From contig CAWEYL010000001.1 of assembly GCA_963813335.1 (NCBI GenBank), positions 487,567-551,566 on the forward strand: a stretch of DNA of 64,000 nt. The letters run 5' to 3'. This document shows positions 11,435-21,225 of the stretch, piece after piece. A program made the position numbers and the translations under genes. The stretch is from an uncultured Chloroflexia bacterium. GTDB lineage: Bacteria > Chloroflexota > Limnocylindria > Limnocylindrales > CSP1-4. The stretch's first letter is position 1. Every line of letters begins with the position of its first letter. The notes beneath the pieces were generated by a model that made no database searches, had not been told where the DNA came from, and saw only the letters and a program-made list of their open reading frames with translations.

Positions 11435-12309
11435 GCGAACCCGGGGGCACCCTGTACGTGGTCGCCACCCCGATCGGCAACCTCGGCGACATCACCCTTC
11501 GGGCGCTGGAGGTCCTGCGGGCCGTGCCGCTGATCGCCGCCGAGGACACGCGGCACACGCAGCGCCTGCTGGCCCGCCACGGCATCGAGACCAGGATGAC
11601 GAGCTATCACGCGCGGAGCGGACCGGCGCGGGCGGTCGCGCTGCTGGAGCACCTGCGCGGCGGCGCGGACCTCGCGCTGGTCACCGATGCCGGGACCCCG
11701 GCCGTCAGCGACCCCGGCGGCGAGCTGGTCGCGGCGTGGGCGGGCGAGGGCGGGACCGTGGTGCCGCTGCCCGGGGCGTCGGCGGTGCTGGCGGCCGTCG
11801 CCGGGTCCGGCGTGGCGGGGCCGCGCTGGACGTTCGAGGGCTTCCTGCCGCGCTCCGGTCGCGAGCGCCGCGAGCGCCTGGCGCGGATCGCCGGCGATGG
11901 CCGCGGGGCGATCGTGTACGAGGCGCCCGGCCGCGTGGTGTCGACCCTGGTTGACCTCGCCGCGGCCTGCGGCGGGACCCGGGCCGGGGCGGTCTGCCGC
12001 GAACTGACCAAGCTCCACGAATCGATCGTCCGCGGGACGCTGGACGAGCTGGCGGCGGCGGCCGCGGACGGGCGCATCCCGGCCCGCGGCGAGTTCGTGC
12101 TCGTGATCGGCCCAGGGGACGGTGCGGCCGCCACGGGGGAGTCCGTCCCGGACGGGGTCATGGCCGAGGACGCGCGCCTTGCCGCGGCCCTGGCCGAGGT
12201 CGAGCGGCTCGTGGCGGGCGGCGCCGCCCGCGGCGACGCCGCGCGTCGTGTGGCAGCGGCGAGCGGCATCCCCCGGCGCCGGCTCTACAACGCCGAGCGG
12301 CTCGGCTAG
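11431..12309 (+). CDS. rsmI: 16S rRNA (cytidine1402-2'-O)-methyltransferase
   Basis: Tetrapyrrole-methylase fold motifs LYVVATPIGNLGDIT, AAEDTRHT. GTG start overlapping the nadE stop. Confidence 0.85.
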   Translation: MSEPGGTLYVVATPIGNLGDITLRALEVLRAVPLIAAEDTRHTQRLLARHGIETRMTSYHARSGPARAVALLEHLRGGADLALVTDAGTPAVSDPGGELVAAWAGEGGTVVPLPGASAVLAAVAGSGVAGPRWTFEGFLPRSGRERRERLARIAGDGRGAIVYEAPGRVVSTLVDLAAACGGTRAGAVCRELTKLHESIVRGTLDELAAAAADGRIPARGEFVLVIGPGDGAAATGESVPDGVMAEDARLAAALAEVERLVAGGAARGDAARRVAAASGIPRRRLYNAERLG

Positions 12310-12318
12310 CATCGCGCC

Positions 12319-13443
12319 ATGACCGCCGCGGCCGGGACCCCAGCGGGTCGCTCCGGGATCCCGATCCTCGGACAGCTCTCGGTGACGGCCAGGCTGGCCG
12401 TCCTCGGGACGGTCGCCGTGAGCGTCGTCGCGATCCTCCTCGAGGTCGCCGGTGCCGACAAGACTGTCATCTTCGTGGTGGCCGCGGCCGCGATCCTGGG
12501 CCTCGCCTGGGTCGTCGGCCTGTCCACCGAGCGGCTCGGGTCGCTGACCGGGCCGCAGGTCGGCGGGATCCTCAACGCGACGTTCGGCAACATCGCCGAG
12601 CTGATCATCTCGTTCTTCGCCCTGCAGGCCGGCCTCATCGAGGTCGTGAAGGCCTCGCTGACCGGTTCGATCATCGGCAACCTGCTGCTCGTGCTCGGCG
12701 CGAGCGTGCTGCTCGGCGGACTGCGCCACGGGACCCAGACGTTCAGCCCGAAGATCGCGGGGTCGAACGCGGCGCTGCTCGTGGTCGCGCTCATCGGGCT
12801 GTTCGTCCCGGCGGTCTTCGCCGCGACCTCGAGCGACGCCGGCGCGGGGACGCTGACCGAGGAATCGGTGCTGGTCGCGATCGCCCTGATCGTGGGCTAC
12901 GGGCTGTCGCTGGTCTACCAGTTCTCGAACCCGTCACAGACGCTCGGCGGGCACGGGGAGCCCGCGGGCCATGCCGGCCCGATGTGGACCGGTCGCCAGG
13001 CGATCCTCGTACTGCTCCTGACCGCGGCGCTGCTCGCCGTGCTCTCGGAGATCCTGGTCGACTCGATCACGACCTTCACCGACACGCTCGGGCTCTCGTT
13101 CTTCTTCGTCGGCGTCGTGATCATCCCGACGATCGGCAACCTGGCCGAGCACCTCGTCGCCGTCCAGCTGGCGCTCAAGGACAAGATGGAGTTCGCGATG
13201 GCCGTGACCTACGGGTCCAGCCTGCAGGTCGCGCTCTTCGTCGCGCCGGTGCTGGTGCTCCTCGGTGTCGTCATCGGCCAGCCGATGAACCTGGTCTTCA
13301 CGCCGCTCGAGGTCGCCGCGGTCGCGGCGGCCGTCGGGATCAGTGCGCTGATCGCCCTCGACGGCGAGTCGAACTGGCTCGAAGGGGCGCTGCTGATGCT
13401 CGTCTACGTGATCCTGGCGGTCTCGTTCTTCGAGTTCGTCTGA
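12319..13443 (+). CDS. Ca2+/H+ antiporter (CaCA family, ChaA/Cax-like)
   Basis: Two alpha-repeat motifs (GNIAELIISFFAL..., GNLAEHLVAV...). Multi-TM hydrophobic profile. Confidence 0.8.
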   Translation: MTAAAGTPAGRSGIPILGQLSVTARLAVLGTVAVSVVAILLEVAGADKTVIFVVAAAAILGLAWVVGLSTERLGSLTGPQVGGILNATFGNIAELIISFFALQAGLIEVVKASLTGSIIGNLLLVLGASVLLGGLRHGTQTFSPKIAGSNAALLVVALIGLFVPAVFAATSSDAGAGTLTEESVLVAIALIVGYGLSLVYQFSNPSQTLGGHGEPAGHAGPMWTGRQAILVLLLTAALLAVLSEILVDSITTFTDTLGLSFFFVGVVIIPTIGNLAEHLVAVQLALKDKMEFAMAVTYGSSLQVALFVAPVLVLLGVVIGQPMNLVFTPLEVAAVAAAVGISALIALDGESNWLEGALLMLVYVILAVSFFEFV

Positions 13444-13582
13444 CGCCGACGGCAAAACGGGCCGTGCGCCTCTTGGCGGGGCGCGCCCGACGGCGTATCC
13501 CGTCATGTGAGCCGGGAGTCCCCCGGCGCAGCCCAGGCGCCCGACCCGGGCGCCGGTCCCCGACCGGGGACAAGGAGGCACC

Positions 13583-15124
13583 ATGGCCGTTCTCGAGAAG
13601 GAGTTCACGTATGCGCCGCCCGGCATGTCCGGGAGCCCGGTCCCGCTCAAGGAGCGGTACGACAACTTCATCGGCGGGCGCTGGGTCGCACCCAAGCAGG
13701 GCGTCTACCAGGTCGACCTGACCCCGGCGACGGGGAAGCCGATCACCGAGGTGCCGCGATCGACCGGCGAGGACGTCGAGACCGCTCTCGACGCCGCGCA
13801 CAAGGCCAGGGTCGCATGGGGCGAGACCTCCACGACCGAGCGCTCGCGGGTGCTTAACGAGATCGCCGACGTCATCGACGCGAACAAGGAGATGCTCGCC
13901 GTCGCCGAGAGCTGGGAGAACGGCAAGCCGGTCCGCGAGACCCTCGCCGCCGACATCCCGCTGGCGGCCGACCACTTCCGCTACTTCGCGAGCGTCATCC
14001 GCGCCGAGGAGGGGTCGATCTCCGAGATCGACAAGGACACCATCGCGTACCAGTTCCACGAGCCACTCGGCGTCGTCGGCCAGATCATCCCGTTCAACTT
14101 CCCGCTCCTGATGGCGGCGTGGAAGATCGCGCCGGCGATCGCGGCCGGCAACGTCACGGTGGTCAAGCCGGCCAGCCCGACGCCGTGGTCGATCCTGAAG
14201 CTGATGGAGCTCATCGGGCCCATCGTGCCAGCCGGCGTGATCAACATCGTGAACGGCCCCGGCGCGGAGGTCGGGATGGCCCTCGCGTCGAGCAAGCGCA
14301 TCGCGAAGGTCGCGTTCACCGGCGAGACGGCGACGGGTCGGATGATCATGGGGTACGCCGCCCAGAACCTCATCCCCTCGACCACCGAGCTCGGTGGCAA
14401 GTCCCCGAACATCTTCTTCGAGGACGTCATGGCCGCCGACGACGCGTTCTTCGACAAGGCGATCGAAGGGCTCGTCCTGTACGCCTTCAACAAGGGCGAG
14501 GTCTGCACGTGTCCGTCGCGGGCGCTGATCCAGGCCTCGATCTATGAGCCGTTCATCGAGCGCTGCCTGGGACGCATCGAGAAGATCGTCCAGGGCCACC
14601 CGCTCGACATCCACACGACGCTCGGGGCGCAGGTCTCGGCGGCGCAGCTCGAGAAGATCACGCGCTACGTGAAGATCGGGCTCGACGAGGGCGCTGAGCT
14701 CCTCATCGGTGGACATCGGAAGGTGCTCCCCGGCGAGCTCGCCGAGGGCTACTACTTCGAGCCGACGGTCCTCAAGGGCCACAACAAGATGCGCATCTTC
14801 CAGGAGGAGATCTTCGGGCCGGTCCTCGCCGTGACGACGTTCAAGGACGAGGCCGAGGCGCTCGAGATCGCCAACGACACGATGTACGGCCTCGGCGCCG
14901 GCGTCTGGACCCGCGACGGGAGTCGCGCGTTCCGGGTCGGCCGGGCCATCAAGGCCGGCCGCGTGTGGACCAACTGCTATCACCTGTATCCCGCGGGCGC
15001 CCCGTTCGGCGGCTACAAGTCGTCCGGCGTCGGCCGCGAGACCCACAAGATGATGCTCGACCACTACACCCAGACCAAGAACCTCCTCGTGAGCTATGAC
15101 CCCAAGCCCCTTGGGTTCTTCTGA
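13583..15124 (+). CDS. NAD(P)-dependent aldehyde dehydrogenase
   Basis: 513 aa. ALDH motifs ([31 protein letters not shown] catalytic Cys). RBS GGACAAGGAGG upstream. Confidence 0.9.
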   Translation: MAVLEKEFTYAPPGMSGSPVPLKERYDNFIGGRWVAPKQGVYQVDLTPATGKPITEVPRSTGEDVETALDAAHKARVAWGETSTTERSRVLNEIADVIDANKEMLAVAESWENGKPVRETLAADIPLAADHFRYFASVIRAEEGSISEIDKDTIAYQFHEPLGVVGQIIPFNFPLLMAAWKIAPAIAAGNVTVVKPASPTPWSILKLMELIGPIVPAGVINIVNGPGAEVGMALASSKRIAKVAFTGETATGRMIMGYAAQNLIPSTTELGGKSPNIFFEDVMAADDAFFDKAIEGLVLYAFNKGEVCTCPSRALIQASIYEPFIERCLGRIEKIVQGHPLDIHTTLGAQVSAAQLEKITRYVKIGLDEGAELLIGGHRKVLPGELAEGYYFEPTVLKGHNKMRIFQEEIFGPVLAVTTFKDEAEALEIANDTMYGLGAGVWTRDGSRAFRVGRAIKAGRVWTNCYHLYPAGAPFGGYKSSGVGRETHKMMLDHYTQTKNLLVSYDPKPLGFF

Positions 15125-15140
15125 GGCAGGACCGAACCCG

Positions 15141-15461
15141 ATGGAGGAAGGCCGGGTCCAGGTGACGCCTGCGGCGCTCGTGGCGATCGAGCGGCTTGCG
15201 GCGGAACACGGACCGCTCGTCTTCCTCCAGTCGGGAGGTTGCTGCGATGGCAGCTCGCCGATCTGCGTCCGCAGCGGTGACCTGCCGATCGGGCCCGGCG
15301 ACGTCCGCGTGGGCGACGCCGGGCCCGCAGCCTTCTTCGTCGATGGCGAGCTGGACGAGCGCTGGGGCAGACCCCGGTATGTCGTCGACGTGTCGCCCGG
15401 CGCGGGAGACACCTTCTCGCTCGAGGGGCGCGACGACCTGCACTTCGTCCTGGCAGGCTGA
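15141..15461 (+). CDS. DUF779-like small protein paired with aldehyde dehydrogenase
   Basis: About 106 aa with a GGCCDGSSP motif, immediately downstream of the ALDH. The family assignment is from memory of the conserved ALDH-DUF779 pairing. Confidence 0.5.
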   Translation: MEEGRVQVTPAALVAIERLAAEHGPLVFLQSGGCCDGSSPICVRSGDLPIGPGDVRVGDAGPAAFFVDGELDERWGRPRYVVDVSPGAGDTFSLEGRDDLHFVLAG

Positions 15462-15569
15462 GCACCGGCCCGCCGGCGAGACCGGCCGGGACGGCGACCG
15501 AGCGCTGGACAAGCGGCCACGACGGCGCGGGAGGGGGACGCACCGTCGTGGCACCGTGATGGGCGATGG

Positions 15570-16032
15570 TCAGGCGGCGGCTTCCTCGGCCTCCTCGTCG
15601 TCGGCGGCGGCGACCGGCTCGCCGTCGGGGATCGGGTCGTCGGCGCCGGGGCTCTCGCCGAGTGCGTCGGCCTGGGCCGCGAGCGAATCGGCGGCCTGCT
15701 GGGCCTCGTAGTCCTTCTTCTTGCGACCGGACAGCATCTCGACGTGCGAGGCGACGATCTCGGTCTTCCAGTGGCGCTTGCCGGCGTCGTCGTCCCACGA
15801 CCGGGTCTGGAGGCGGCCCTCGATCGCCACCTGCTGGCCCTTGCCGAGGTACCGCCCGGCGATCTCGGCGAGGCGGTCCCAGGCGACCACGGCGTGGTAC
15901 TCCGACTTCTCCTTGCCGGCGCCCAGGAACTCGTTGCTGGCGACGGTGAAGGTCGTGACGACCTTGCCGCTGGCCAGGCTGCGCATCTCCGGGTCGCGCG
16001 TGAGGCGCCCCGTGAGCAGGACCTTGTTCACG
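15570..16032 (-). CDS. ssb: single-stranded DNA-binding protein paralog lacking the acidic DIPF tip
   Basis: OB-fold SSB sequence (VNKVLLTGRLTRDPE...YHAVVAWDRLAE...). GTG start at 16032 with GGAAGGAG RBS. C-terminus ends AADDEEAEEAAA instead of D-D-D-I-P-F. Not in an rpsF-ssb-rpsR context. Confidence 0.8.
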
Positions 16033-16279
16033 GTCCGTTCTCCTTCCCGGTCGGCCGGTCGCACCGGACACGACCCTGCGTCTGCGGGCGGGCAGTCACG
16101 GCGGGGCGGAGGGGAGGTCGCCGGCCCCGGCGGCCGGGCCCATGGCTGACGGCGGATCGGCAGGGCCGGCGGACGACCTGGCGGGCGATGCCTACCCTAG
16201 CGGGCGGCCCTTACCGGGCGCGTATCCAGGGTCGCACGACGGCTCATCGGCCGCCTGGTCCCGAAACTGGCGTGTGCGC

Positions 16280-17464
16280 TCAGGGCGCGATCCGGTCACG
16301 CCAGATCGTGTCGCTGCCGAAGTTCGGGACCCACAACGAGCCGAATCCGACCGCCGGCCATCCGCCTCCGCCTGCAGCATCCGCCGGGTAGGTGCCGATG
16401 ATCTTGCCCGTCTTGGGATCGACCCGCGACACGGCGTCGTCGGCGAGCCGGACCCAGACGCTGCCAAGCCCAGTCGCGGGCCAGACGTCATAGAGCTGGC
16501 TGAGACCCTTGAATCCCGGGAGGTCGAACGACGTCATGGCCCCAGTATTCGGGTCGATCCGGACAAGACGGCCGTCGACATCGCCCTTCAACCAGATGTA
16601 GCCAAGGTCGGCCGTCACGCTCGCGTAGGATCCCGGGTCCGGCACGGTCAGCCGGCTGATCACCTGTCCGGTGCCTGGGTCGATCTTCGCCACCTGACCA
16701 CCCCAAACGCCCTCGGCGGTTTCGGCGGCAGCCCAGATCGACCCGGCCGCGCTCACCACCCAACCGACGAAACCGTCAGGGAAGACATCGAAGGTCGCAA
16801 GCGTCCGATAGGACGACGGATCGATCTTCATGAGCTTGCCTGTCTGGTCCGGGATCCACGCTGCGTCGCTGGTGAAGGCCATCGTGCCGCCGAACGCATC
16901 GAAGCTGCCGACGACCTGGTTGGAGGCCGGGTCGACGGCGATCGTCTTGGTGCTCGAGTCGCACGGCCCCAGCCACACCCGCCCGAACCCGATCTCGGGC
17001 TCGCCGCAGGATTCCTGCCCCACGTCGATCGAGGCGATCACCGTGTCCGTCGTGGGGTCGATCCGAAAGAGCTGCGTCCCGCGGTGTGTCTCCACCCAGA
17101 CCGAGCCGAATCCGATCGCCGCCACGGAAGGCGCAAGGCCCCCGTGGCCTCCGTATGTCAGCGGGATCGAGGCAAGGACGCCGCTCGGGAGGGGCGTCGC
17201 GCTCGGCGCGGGAGTCGCGCTCGGCGTCAGCGTCTGGCTCGCGACTCGAGTCGCCTGCGCGACCGCGGTCGCCTGCGACGGCACGGCCGCTGAGGTTGAG
17301 CCGGACGCGCTCCTGGACGCGGCCGTCTCTCCGCAGCCGGTGCTGAAGAGGGCGAGGAGGACGAAGGGCACGATCCGGCGAAACGCCCGGGCAGGCCCGG
17401 ACGCACGACCCGATCCTGGAGCCCACCTTCGCCGTTCTCGCTCGCTCGCGATCGGTGACTGCAT
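16280..17464 (-). CDS. secreted lipoprotein with Vgb-like (streptogramin-lyase-type, COG4257-like) beta-propeller repeats
   Basis: Signal peptide with lipobox (LFSTGCGE). Thr/Ser/Ala/Pro linker. At least 6 repeats of the blade motif G-x-[VIL]-W-[VIL]...[LV]-x-[RK]-I-D-P-x-T-G. Confidence 0.7.
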   Translation of the reverse strand: MQSPIASERERRRWAPGSGRASGPARAFRRIVPFVLLALFSTGCGETAASRSASGSTSAAVPSQATAVAQATRVASQTLTPSATPAPSATPLPSGVLASIPLTYGGHGGLAPSVAAIGFGSVWVETHRGTQLFRIDPTTDTVIASIDVGQESCGEPEIGFGRVWLGPCDSSTKTIAVDPASNQVVGSFDAFGGTMAFTSDAAWIPDQTGKLMKIDPSSYRTLATFDVFPDGFVGWVVSAAGSIWAAAETAEGVWGGQVAKIDPGTGQVISRLTVPDPGSYASVTADLGYIWLKGDVDGRLVRIDPNTGAMTSFDLPGFKGLSQLYDVWPATGLGSVWVRLADDAVSRVDPKTGKIIGTYPADAAGGGGWPAVGFGSLWVPNFGSDTIWRDRIAP

Positions 17465-17575
17465 CGCGCTGATCCCTCCGCTGGCATCTGTCGAACGCAC
17501 CGTGCGTCGAATTGATGGGGCGAAGATGGCTCGGTCCGGTATACGCTCAGGGTACGCGGCGGTATCAACGCCGGG

Positions 17576-19471
17576 ATGTGCCGAGGTCGGACGGTGCGGG
17601 ACGTGCAGAAGCCTCGCCGCCAACGAGCCGAGCCGAGCCGTCTCACGATCGGGATCCTCGGGCCGGTAGAAGCGAAGGCCGGCGATCGGTCGATCCCCCT
17701 CGGGGGAAGCAAGGCGCGGGCGCTGTTGTCGATCCTCGTCCTGCACGCCAACGAGGCGGTATCCACCGACCGCCTGATCGAGGATCTCTGGGGCGTCGAC
17801 ACGCCGCCGACGGCGCCCAAGATGCTGCAGGTCCTGGTGTCGCGCATTCGCCGGGCGCTCGAACCAGACGACGTGCTCGTCACTCGCGCGCCGGGATACG
17901 TCCTCCGCGCCGCACCGGACCAGATCGACCTCGGACGCTTCGAGGCGCAGGTCGACGCTGCCCGGCGGATGCCGCCGACCGAGCCTGGCCGGGCCGCAGA
18001 TGCGCTTCGCGAGGCGCTCGGACTCTGGCGTGGGCCCCCGCTCTCCGACGTGGCTCGGGAGCCGTTCGCGGTCTGGGCCATCCCGCGACTCGAAGAGCTC
18101 CGACTGGCGGTGCTCGAGGAGCGTATCGACCTCGACCTGCGGGCGGGACGCCACAAGGACCTGGTCGGCGAGCTCCGGGATCTCGTCGCCAGGTTCCCGT
18201 TTCGAGAGCGGTTCGCCGGCCAACTGATGGTCGCGCTCTATCGCACCGGTCGCCAGGCGGAAGCGTTGGACGTCTTCCATCGGATCCGCGCCCAGCTTGC
18301 CCACGATCTCGGGATCGAACCCGGTACTGATCTCCAGCAGTTGCAGATGGCCGTCCTGCGGCAGGATCACATCCTCGACGCGTCCAGTGGGACGGAGCCC
18401 GTCACTCCCGATGCAGTGGGTCGTGATCCGGTCGGCAGCCAGCCTGCCGGGCAGCGATCGACCGTCGTCGATCGATCGGTCCGAGCGAGGACCGCGATCC
18501 CTGTCCGCATCGTCGGGCTGGTCGTCCTCGCCGTGCTGGGCGGCGTGGCACTCGTGGCGGTCCCGGGTCGCCTTGGCATCGCGTCGTCGAAGGTGGGAGC
18601 CGGGTCCTCGGTTCCGGTCGCCGTACCCGACTCGGTTGCCGTCTTCGATCCCGTCAGCCGCGAGCTCGTGGACGACGTTCCCGCCGGTCATGCGCCTGGA
18701 CCCGTGGCTGCGACCGATAGCGACCTTTGGGTCGGCAGCGTGGATGACCACACGGTCATGCAGATCGACCTCGCCTCCCGCCGCGTGCTCCACACGAATG
18801 GGCTGTCGGCAGCCCCGACGACGCTTGTCGCCGCCGACGGCAACGTCTGGATCGGCAACGGATTCAGTGGGACCCTCTCGCGCATCCTGACGGCCTACGA
18901 TCAGCTGTCGGCACCGTTCTTCCCGGACAAGGCGATACCGGGGTCGCTCGCGATGGCCGCCGCCCACGGCGATCTGTGGGTCGGGCCAGGCGATCAGACG
19001 CTACTCCGGATGGATGCCTCGAGCCTTCAGGTGAAGTCGACCGTGTCGGTTCCAGATCGCGTCCTGGCGATCGCGACCAGCGATGATGCGGCGTGGACGA
19101 TCGATTTCCGCGACCGGCTCGTGCGCCGCATCGATCGCGCCAGCGGGATGTCGAGCACAGGCCTCCCCGTCGATGGCACGCCGACGGCGATCGCGTTCGG
19201 TGCGGGCTCGGTGTGGGTCGCCACGAGCGCTCCGGACCGGATCTGGCAGATCGACCCGGTCCGCGACGTGGTCCTCGCCTCGTACCCGGTCCAGGTCACA
19301 CCCGGTGCTCTCGTCGTCGGCCCGGACGACATCCTGGTGCTCGACAAGGCGCAGGGCGTCGTTGAGCGTCTTGACCCGGCGGGTCGTGCGCTGCCGACGA
19401 CGGTGACCCTCGGACGGCCCGTTGGCGGAGCCGCCTTTGCGCAGGGCAAGCTCTGGCTGACGATCCGCTGA
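17576..19471 (+). CDS. membrane-anchored SARP (AfsR/DnrI-family) transcriptional regulator with C-terminal extracytoplasmic Vgb-like beta-propeller domain
   Basis: N-terminal OmpR-type winged helix plus BTAD (ILGPVEA...LLSILVLHANEAVSTDRLIEDLWG...AEALDVFHRIRAQLAHDLGIEPGTDLQQLQMAVLRQD). One TM helix ([22 protein letters not shown]). About 300 aa with LWVG/VWIG/VWVAT/LWLTI propeller repeats. Alternative GTG starts at 17594 and 17603. Confidence 0.75.
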   Translation: MCRGRTVRDVQKPRRQRAEPSRLTIGILGPVEAKAGDRSIPLGGSKARALLSILVLHANEAVSTDRLIEDLWGVDTPPTAPKMLQVLVSRIRRALEPDDVLVTRAPGYVLRAAPDQIDLGRFEAQVDAARRMPPTEPGRAADALREALGLWRGPPLSDVAREPFAVWAIPRLEELRLAVLEERIDLDLRAGRHKDLVGELRDLVARFPFRERFAGQLMVALYRTGRQAEALDVFHRIRAQLAHDLGIEPGTDLQQLQMAVLRQDHILDASSGTEPVTPDAVGRDPVGSQPAGQRSTVVDRSVRARTAIPVRIVGLVVLAVLGGVALVAVPGRLGIASSKVGAGSSVPVAVPDSVAVFDPVSRELVDDVPAGHAPGPVAATDSDLWVGSVDDHTVMQIDLASRRVLHTNGLSAAPTTLVAADGNVWIGNGFSGTLSRILTAYDQLSAPFFPDKAIPGSLAMAAAHGDLWVGPGDQTLLRMDASSLQVKSTVSVPDRVLAIATSDDAAWTIDFRDRLVRRIDRASGMSSTGLPVDGTPTAIAFGAGSVWVATSAPDRIWQIDPVRDVVLASYPVQVTPGALVVGPDDILVLDKAQGVVERLDPAGRALPTTVTLGRPVGGAAFAQGKLWLTIR

Positions 19472-19493
19472 CGCCCGCCGACTCGTGGATCGG

Positions 19494-21225
19494 TCAGCCC
19501 GCGGCGGCCCCGTGCGACGGCGAGTCCTCGTTCGCGGCCGGCGGGATCGCCGAGGTCGGCGCGCGTGACGGCGTGAGGTCCTCGTCGTCGAGCTCCATCT
19601 CGCCGCCGGACCCGGACGCCATGGTGATCGAGTCCACCGGCGCGGTCGCGATCTTGGGCCGGGCTGTGCGGCGTGCGCCGACTCGGCTGCCGGCGAGCAG
19701 GATCGGCGTCAGCTCGGGGCCGGGTGCGCTGGTCATCGCGAGGACGGCCGGGTCGGGCTGGGGGGCGTGCTGCGCGTAGAGGTCGCAGAAGAGGCTGACG
19801 AGCTCCGGGTCGAACTGGGTCCCGGCGTGCCGCCGCAGCTCGGCGATCGCCTGGTCGTGGGTCATCGCCCGCTTGTACGGGCGGTCGTGGATCATCGCGT
19901 CGTAGGCGTCGGCGATGGCCACGATCCGCGCGCCCAGCGGGATCTCGTTCGCGCGCAGGCCGTACGGATAGCCGTGGCCGGCGTAGCGCTCGTGGTGGTG
20001 GAGGATGATCGGGACGGCATCCTTGAGCGCCGCGGCCTGCTCGAGGATGACCTGGCCGATGCGCGGATGCTGGACGACCGACCGCCACTCCCCGGTCGAG
20101 AGCGCCGACGGCTTCTCGAGGATCTCCTCGGGGATGGCGACCTTGCCGACGTCGTGGAGCAGGGCGGCCAGCTGGATCCGGTCGATCTCGCCGTCCGGGA
20201 GCTCCAGTTGGCGGCCCATCTCGACCACGATCGAGGCGATCAGCGCCGACGGCTGGCCGCGGTAGTGGGGCAGCGGGTTGATGTACGACGCGAGCGCCGC
20301 GGTCGCGGCCATGCGCGCCTGCCGGCCGATCTCCATCGCGCGCAGGCGGCCGGCGTTCGAGATCGGCGCGCGCGGCACGCGGGCGTCGTCGTCGGGCTCG
20401 GAGAAGATGTAGGTCTGGTTGCGCCCCAGCGACTTCGCCGAGTACATGGCGGCATCCGCGTCGCGGACCAGGGTGTCGACGCGGAGCTTCGGCCCGGACC
20501 CCCCGGCGATGCCGATCGAGATCGTGACCGACAGGTCGGCGTTGCCGTCGACCGCGAAGCGCTGGCGCTGCGACGAGCTGGCGCAGCTTCTCGGTGAGGA
20601 TGGCCCCTTCCTCGACGTCGGTCTCGGTCAGGATCAGCATGAATTCCTCGCCGCCATAGCGGCCGATCATGTCGCTCGCCCGCAGGTTGGCCCCGATGGT
20701 CTGGGCGACGCCGCGCAGGACGACGTCGCCCGAGGCGTGGCCGTAGGTGTCGTTGACGGCCTTGAAGTGGTCGATGTCGACGAAGGCGACCGACAGCGGG
20801 CGCTCGTAGCGTCCGGCGCGCTCGACCTCGGCGAAGAGGGCGCCCAGCAGGGCGCTCCGATTGACGACGCCGGTCAGGCGGTCGATCGTCGCCCGGTCGT
20901 GGGTCTCCGACAGGGCGGCGGCGACGCCGTTGACGGCCCGCCCGAGCCGCCCCTCGAGGCCGTTGCCCCGAGCCGACACGGTGACCGCGTAGTCGCCGGC
21001 GGCGATCCGCTCGGCGGCCTTCACGAGACGCCCGAGCCGGATGCGCATCAAGAGGTACAGCGAGCCCGCCGTGATCGACACGCCGATGGTCGCCGCGGCC
21101 ACCGCAGCGATCACGGAACGGCTCACGGCATCGACCCAGGAGGCCGCGACCTCCGGGACCGCGACGAGGAGGATCCCGAGTGCGACCGGAGCCGCAAGCG
21201 CCAGGACCCCAAGCAGGCGCATCAC
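19494..21225 (-). CDS. TM-anchored diguanylate cyclase/phosphodiesterase (GGDEF + HD-GYP), frame interrupted near 20575
   Basis: N-terminal TM helices, then GGDEF domain with GGEEF, then HD-GYP domain (HHHERYAGHGYPYG). One 1-nt frame change sits between LRQLV and QRQRFAVDG (about 20570-20585). Authentic pseudogene or sequence error. Confidence 0.7.

Noticed and set aside
13340-15520. 726-aa minus-strand ORF
   Set aside because: Antisense to the aldehyde dehydrogenase. No conserved motifs.
15517-15551. Hairpin ccacgacgg-N17-ccgtcgtgg between convergent DUF779 gene and ssb
   Set aside because: The 17-nt loop is too large for a confident intrinsic terminator call. It may still contribute to termination.
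16142-17293. 383-aa plus-strand ORF
   Set aside because: Antisense to the beta-propeller lipoprotein, whose repeats and signal peptide are clear on the minus strand.
19494-20447. Separate HD-GYP gene starting at MYSAKSLGRNQ
   Set aside because: The upstream sequence in the same frame encodes the end of the GGDEF domain (…ISIGIAGG…AMYSAKSLGRNQ). This is therefore the C-terminal part of the frameshifted composite gene, not an independent ORF.
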